DNA of 64,000 bases, taken from contig JANXOV010000115.1 of the NCBI GenBank assembly GCA_025357635.1, positions 4,471 through 68,470 of the forward strand, read 5' to 3'. The position numbers and the translations under genes are program-made. This DNA comes from Pseudomonadota bacterium (GTDB lineage: Bacteria > Pseudomonadota > Gammaproteobacteria > Steroidobacterales > Steroidobacteraceae). The notes under the pieces were generated by a model, which was given only the letters and a program-made list of their open reading frames with translations, was not told the DNA's origin and searched no databases. Positions 59,933-64,000 of this stretch are shown one piece after another. Numbering within the stretch: position 1 is the first letter of the stretch; each line of letters starts with the position of its first letter.

Positions 59933-61140
59933 AATTCGGCATCGAGTGTCTGCTGGAAAGCGCTTCACTGCGCGCGCAACTGCGCGGCCGACGCGCAGCC
60001 CTGCTCGCTCACCCCGCCTCGGTGACCGGGGATCTGACGCATTCACTCGACGCGCTCGCTGCCGTCGGCGGCATCGATCTGCGCGCGGCCTTCGGGCCCC
60101 AGCACGGGCTGCGCGGGGACAAGCAGGACAACATGATCGAGTCGCCGGATTTTCACGATCCAGTGCATCGCATTCCCGTGTTCAGCCTGTACGGCGAGGT
60201 GCGCCGGCCAAGCCCCGCCATGCTCGACACCTTTGATGTGCTGCTGGTGGATCTGCAGGATCTGGGCTGCCGCATCTACACGTTCATCACGACGCTGCGC
60301 TATGTGCTGGAGGCGGCCGCGGCGGCCGGCAAGTCAGTCTGGGTGCTGGACCGCCCGAACCCGGCAGGCCGCCCGGTCGAAGGACTCACGCTGCGCGACG
60401 GGTGGGAGAGCTTCGTCGGCGCCGGCGCGATGCCCATGCGTCACGGATTGACCATGGGAGAAATGGGTCATTGGTTCGTGCGCGCGCTGAAGCTGCCGCT
60501 GGAGTATCGCGTCGTTCCCATGACGGATTGGCAGCCGGCCGCGGCGCCGGGCTTCGGCTGGCCGCTGGGTGAGCGTTGCTGGGTGAATCCCAGCCCCAAC
60601 GCGCCCAACCTGGCCATGGCGCGCTGCTATGCCGGCGCCGTGATGATCGAGGGCACGACGCTGTCCGAAGGTCGCGGCACCACACGGCCGCTTGAGCTGT
60701 TCGGCGCACCCGACCTCGATGCCGGCGCGTTGATCACCACCATGCATGACCTGGCGCCACACTGGCTGAAGGGCTGCCGGCTGCGCAACTGCTGGTTCGA
60801 ACCCACTTTTCACAAGCATGCAGGTACGCTGTGCGCAGGCGTGCAAGTTCACGTGGACGGGGACAGTTACCGGCACGGATTGTTTCAACCCTGGCGCGTG
60901 CATGCACTGGCATTCAAGGCGCTGCGCCGCCTGCAGCCCGATTATCCTCTCTGGCGCGACTTTCCTTACGAATACGACCGCGACCGGCTGGCCATCGACC
61001 TCATCAACGGCAGTGCGCTGCTGCGAGAGTGGGTGGACGATGCCACCGCCACGCCGGGCGATCTGGATTCGCTGGCGCGGCCGGATGAGCGCGCCTGGCT
61101 CGAATCGCGCCGCGATCTGCTGCTGTATCCGGATCCGTAA
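59929..61140 (+). CDS. DUF1343 family protein (NamZ-like exo-beta-N-acetylmuramidase family)
   Basis: 403 aa. GIECLL...[16 protein letters not shown]...[14 protein letters not shown]...IPVFSLYGE is typical of DUF1343. The apparent start is TTG. Confidence 0.7.
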   Translation: MKFGIECLLESASLRAQLRGRRAALLAHPASVTGDLTHSLDALAAVGGIDLRAAFGPQHGLRGDKQDNMIESPDFHDPVHRIPVFSLYGEVRRPSPAMLDTFDVLLVDLQDLGCRIYTFITTLRYVLEAAAAAGKSVWVLDRPNPAGRPVEGLTLRDGWESFVGAGAMPMRHGLTMGEMGHWFVRALKLPLEYRVVPMTDWQPAAAPGFGWPLGERCWVNPSPNAPNLAMARCYAGAVMIEGTTLSEGRGTTRPLELFGAPDLDAGALITTMHDLAPHWLKGCRLRNCWFEPTFHKHAGTLCAGVQVHVDGDSYRHGLFQPWRVHALAFKALRRLQPDYPLWRDFPYEYDRDRLAIDLINGSALLREWVDDATATPGDLDSLARPDERAWLESRRDLLLYPDP

Positions 61141-61244
61141 GTCTAAGGCCCCCTAAGCCCGCGGAAACCCCCAACCCGCCCCCTGCCGACTCGGTTAGAA
61201 TGCGCGGCCGCGTTCGCCGCACGACTCTTATCGATTGGATCAAA

Positions 61245-62849
61245 ATGCTCGCCACCTCCAATGTCGCCATCCAGTTTGGCGCCAAACCGCTCTTCGAGCA
61301 GGTCACCGTCAAGTTTTCCGACGGCAACCGCTACGGACTCATCGGCGCCAATGGCAGCGGCAAATCGACATTGATGAAGATTCTAGGGTCAGATCTGGAA
61401 GCCAGTGCCGGCGATGTCATGTTGCAGGCCGGCATGCGGCTGGGGAAGCTGAATCAGAATCAATTCGGCTACGAGGACGAGCGTGTTCTGGACGTGGTGA
61501 TGCGCGGCCATATGGAGCTGTGGGCGGCCATCAAGGAGCGCGACGCCATCTACGCCAATCCAGATGCCACCGACGATGAGTACATGAAGGCGGCAGAGCT
61601 CGAGGGCAAGGTGGCCGAGTACGGCGGCTATGATGCGGAGGCACGCGCCGCCAGCATCCTGATCGACGCCGGAATCGAGGAGTCGCGCCACAACGGCCCG
61701 ATGCGCGAAGTGCCGCCGGGCCTGAAGCTGCGCGTGCTGCTGGCGCAGGCGCTGTTCTCCCGGCCGGACGTCCTGCTGCTGGATGAGCCCACGAACAACC
61801 TCGACATCAACTCGATCCGCTGGCTGGAAGGCGCGCTCAACAACTACGACGCGACCATGGTCATCATCAGCCACGACCGGCATTTTCTCAATCAGGTGTG
61901 CACGCACATCGCCGATCTGGATTTCCAGCAGCTGAAGATATACCCCGGCAACTACGACGATTTCATGCTGGCGTCAGTGCAGGCTCGCGAACGGGTCGAG
62001 TCAGCAAATGCCAAGGCCAAAGACCGGATATCGGATCTGCAGGAGTTCGTGCGGCGCTTTTCGGCGAACGCATCCAAAGCGCGGCAAGCGACCTCGCGCA
62101 AGAAGCAGCTGGAAAAAATCAAGATCGAGGAGATCCGGCCCTCCTCGCGGCAGAACCCCTTCATCCGCTTCGAGCAGGGCAGGAAGCTGTACCGCTCGGC
62201 GGTGACCGTCGAAAAGCTCAGCTTCAGCTACCCGAAATCCGATGAAAAGGTGCTGCACAACCTGAGTTTCGAGATCGAGGCCGGCGAGCGCATCGCCATC
62301 ATCGGTCCCAACGGCGTGGGCAAGACCACGCTCATGCGCTGTCTGGCCGGGGAGTTGCGCCCTACCGCCGGACGCATCAGCTGGGTGGAGAATGCGCAGA
62401 CCGGCTACATGCCGCAGGATCCTCAGGCCGAGTTCGAAACCAAAATGGACTTGTTCTCGTGGATGTCGCAGTACACCGGCAAGGCCGATGACGATCAGCT
62501 CATTCGTGCAACCTTGGGCCGGCTGCTGTTTTCCGGCGATGAGACCAAGAAGTCGGTGAAGGTGCTCTCCGGCGGCGAAAAGGGCCGCATGATCTACGGC
62601 AAGCTCATGCTCACCAAGCCCAACGTGCTGCTGATGGACGAACCCACCAACCACATGGATATGGAAACCATCGAATCGCTGCAGATTGCCCTGGAGAAAT
62701 ACGTGGGCACGCTGGTATTCGTCTCGCACGACCGCGAGTTTGTCGGCGGCCTGGCGACGCGCATCATGGAGCTGAAGCCCGGCGGCGGGATTTCCGACTT
62801 CAAGGGCACGTACGACGAGTACTTGAAGGGCCAGGGGATCGACCCTTAG
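61245..62849 (+). CDS. ybiT: ABC-F family ATPase (YbiT-like)
   Basis: [48 protein letters not shown] closely parallels the E. coli YbiT N-terminus. It has two NBDs and no TMD. Start set to ATG 61245. Confidence 0.85.
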   Translation: MLATSNVAIQFGAKPLFEQVTVKFSDGNRYGLIGANGSGKSTLMKILGSDLEASAGDVMLQAGMRLGKLNQNQFGYEDERVLDVVMRGHMELWAAIKERDAIYANPDATDDEYMKAAELEGKVAEYGGYDAEARAASILIDAGIEESRHNGPMREVPPGLKLRVLLAQALFSRPDVLLLDEPTNNLDINSIRWLEGALNNYDATMVIISHDRHFLNQVCTHIADLDFQQLKIYPGNYDDFMLASVQARERVESANAKAKDRISDLQEFVRRFSANASKARQATSRKKQLEKIKIEEIRPSSRQNPFIRFEQGRKLYRSAVTVEKLSFSYPKSDEKVLHNLSFEIEAGERIAIIGPNGVGKTTLMRCLAGELRPTAGRISWVENAQTGYMPQDPQAEFETKMDLFSWMSQYTGKADDDQLIRATLGRLLFSGDETKKSVKVLSGGEKGRMIYGKLMLTKPNVLLMDEPTNHMDMETIESLQIALEKYVGTLVFVSHDREFVGGLATRIMELKPGGGISDFKGTYDEYLKGQGIDP

Positions 62850-62858
62850 CCGCCGACA

Positions 62859-63791
62859 TCAAGACGCCGCGGGTTGCTTGCGTGAAATGCTGGTGGCCAT
62901 GGTCACGATCGATGCCAGATCCGTCAGGTTCGCCGGAACGACCAGCGTGGTTCCCGCCTGCGCCAGCTTGCCGAACTGCTTGACGTACTCCTCGCCGATG
63001 CGCAGCTGCATGGCCTCCAGACCGCCACGGTCGCTCAACGCAGCGCCCACCTGGCGCAAACCTTCCGCAGTCGCGGCGGCCACCGCGAGAATTGCCTCGG
63101 CCTGTCCCTGCGCCTCGTTGATCTGCTGCTGCTTGTTGGCTTCGGACTGCTTGATGACGCGCTGTTTGTCGCCCTCGGCCGAGTTGATCTTGGCGTCACG
63201 CTCGCCTTCGGAAGTCAGCACCACCGCCCGCTTTTCGCGCTCGGCCCGCATCTGCTTTTCCATGGCCGACAGCACGTCCTTGGGCGGCGTGATGTTCTTG
63301 ATTTCATAGCGCAGCACTTTGACGCCCCAGGGTGCGGACGCCTTGTCCAGCTCGCTCACCACATTGGCATTGATGGTGCCGCGCGCCTCGAAGGTGCGGT
63401 CCAGTTCGATCTTGCCGATCTCGCTGCGCAAGGTGGTCTGCGCAAGCTGAGAGATCGCAAAGCCGTAGTTGGTGATGCCGTAGGAAGCCAGCCGCGGGTC
63501 CAGCACCTGCATGTACAGCACGCCGTCAACGCCCACTTGCACGTTGTCGCGCGTGATGCAGATCTGCTCGGCGATATCCAGCGCCAGCTCCTTCATGCTG
63601 TGCCGGTAGGCGATCTTCTCGGCAAAGGGAATCAGGATGTGAAAACCGGCCTGAATGGTGCGGCTGTACTTGCCCAGGTACTCGACCACGAATGCGCTTT
63701 GCTGCGGCACGACCGTGACCGTCTTGATGAATGCGATGACAAGCAGAATCGCCGCGGCGATGAAAAAGTAACTCACGGAAAAATCCTCCAA
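62859..63791 (-). CDS. SPFH/band-7 (stomatin-like, QmcA-type) membrane protein
   Basis: 310 aa with an N-terminal TM, an SPFH core (VVPQQSAFVVEYLGKY...) and an E/A/K/Q-rich coiled-coil tail. Confidence 0.85.
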   Translation of the reverse strand: MEDFSVSYFFIAAAILLVIAFIKTVTVVPQQSAFVVEYLGKYSRTIQAGFHILIPFAEKIAYRHSMKELALDIAEQICITRDNVQVGVDGVLYMQVLDPRLASYGITNYGFAISQLAQTTLRSEIGKIELDRTFEARGTINANVVSELDKASAPWGVKVLRYEIKNITPPKDVLSAMEKQMRAEREKRAVVLTSEGERDAKINSAEGDKQRVIKQSEANKQQQINEAQGQAEAILAVAAATAEGLRQVGAALSDRGGLEAMQLRIGEEYVKQFGKLAQAGTTLVVPANLTDLASIVTMATSISRKQPAAS

Positions 63792-63800
63792 GTGCGCTCC

Positions 63801-64000
63801 TTAAGGCCGCTGCAAATACAGTTTGAGTCCCTCTACCCGCTCGATGCGCGCCGGCTCGCCCGCAGCGATGGACTCGACGCCGGCGTTGATCGCATCCCAG
63901 GTGCTACCCCGGTACTCCAGCCGGCATTCCTGGCCGGCGTACAAAGGCACCGGAACATGCACGATTTCACCGCTCAGGCCATCTTTGAACGCCGGCAGCT
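63801..64000 (-). CDS. NfeD-family protein, C-terminal part only (5' end outside the window)
   Basis: The minus-strand reading is ...GEIVHVPVPLYAGQECRLEYRGSTWDAINAGVESIAAGEPARIERVEGLKLYLQRP*. This is an NfeD OB-fold tail, in the usual position directly upstream of an SPFH gene. Confidence 0.7.
   Translation of the reverse strand, partial: LPAFKDGLSGEIVHVPVPLYAGQECRLEYRGSTWDAINAGVESIAAGEPARIERVEGLKLYLQRP

Overview
This is a high-GC bacterial chromosomal segment. Gene content and order (pcm-rhodanese-tolC, waaA-kdkA-heptosyltransferase, aroQ-accBC-prmA-dusB-fis-purHD, groES/EL) fit a gammaproteobacterium, possibly Xanthomonadales- or Nevskiales-like; that placement is inference only. About 60 protein genes can be supported. 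I found no rRNA, tRNA or CRISPR array. Most of the window is ordinary core metabolism and envelope biogenesis (1-17.5 kb and 33-64 kb). The stretch from about 17.6 to 33.1 kb is a mosaic accessory region. It holds a thioesterase with an in-frame TAG, a decayed prlF-yhaV toxin-antitoxin relic, and a roughly 100-bp segment duplicated 12.5 kb apart. It also holds a translationally coupled MFP + two-ABC exporter whose C39 peptidase-like domain has lost both catalytic residues and which has no visible cargo. Next to that lie a convergent leaderless protealysin-type M4 protease with its emfourin-type inhibitor and an internally deleted IS5-family element with intact ends and CTAA target duplication. 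The rest of the region is ahpCF with an OxyR-like box, a DUF952 3' relic, an unknown secreted protein, a groEL 3' relic carrying a microhomology-mediated in-frame deletion, and a MazF-like toxin whose antitoxin frame lacks a start codon. Outside the mosaic, the oddities are a PlpD-like patatin/Omp85 protein whose GxSxG serine is isoleucine, an FdsA-type formate dehydrogenase split into two overlapping frames with no fdsG/fdsB nearby, and a small His/Lys-rich periplasmic protein. All family assignments come from reading the translated ORFs by eye; no database search was run.
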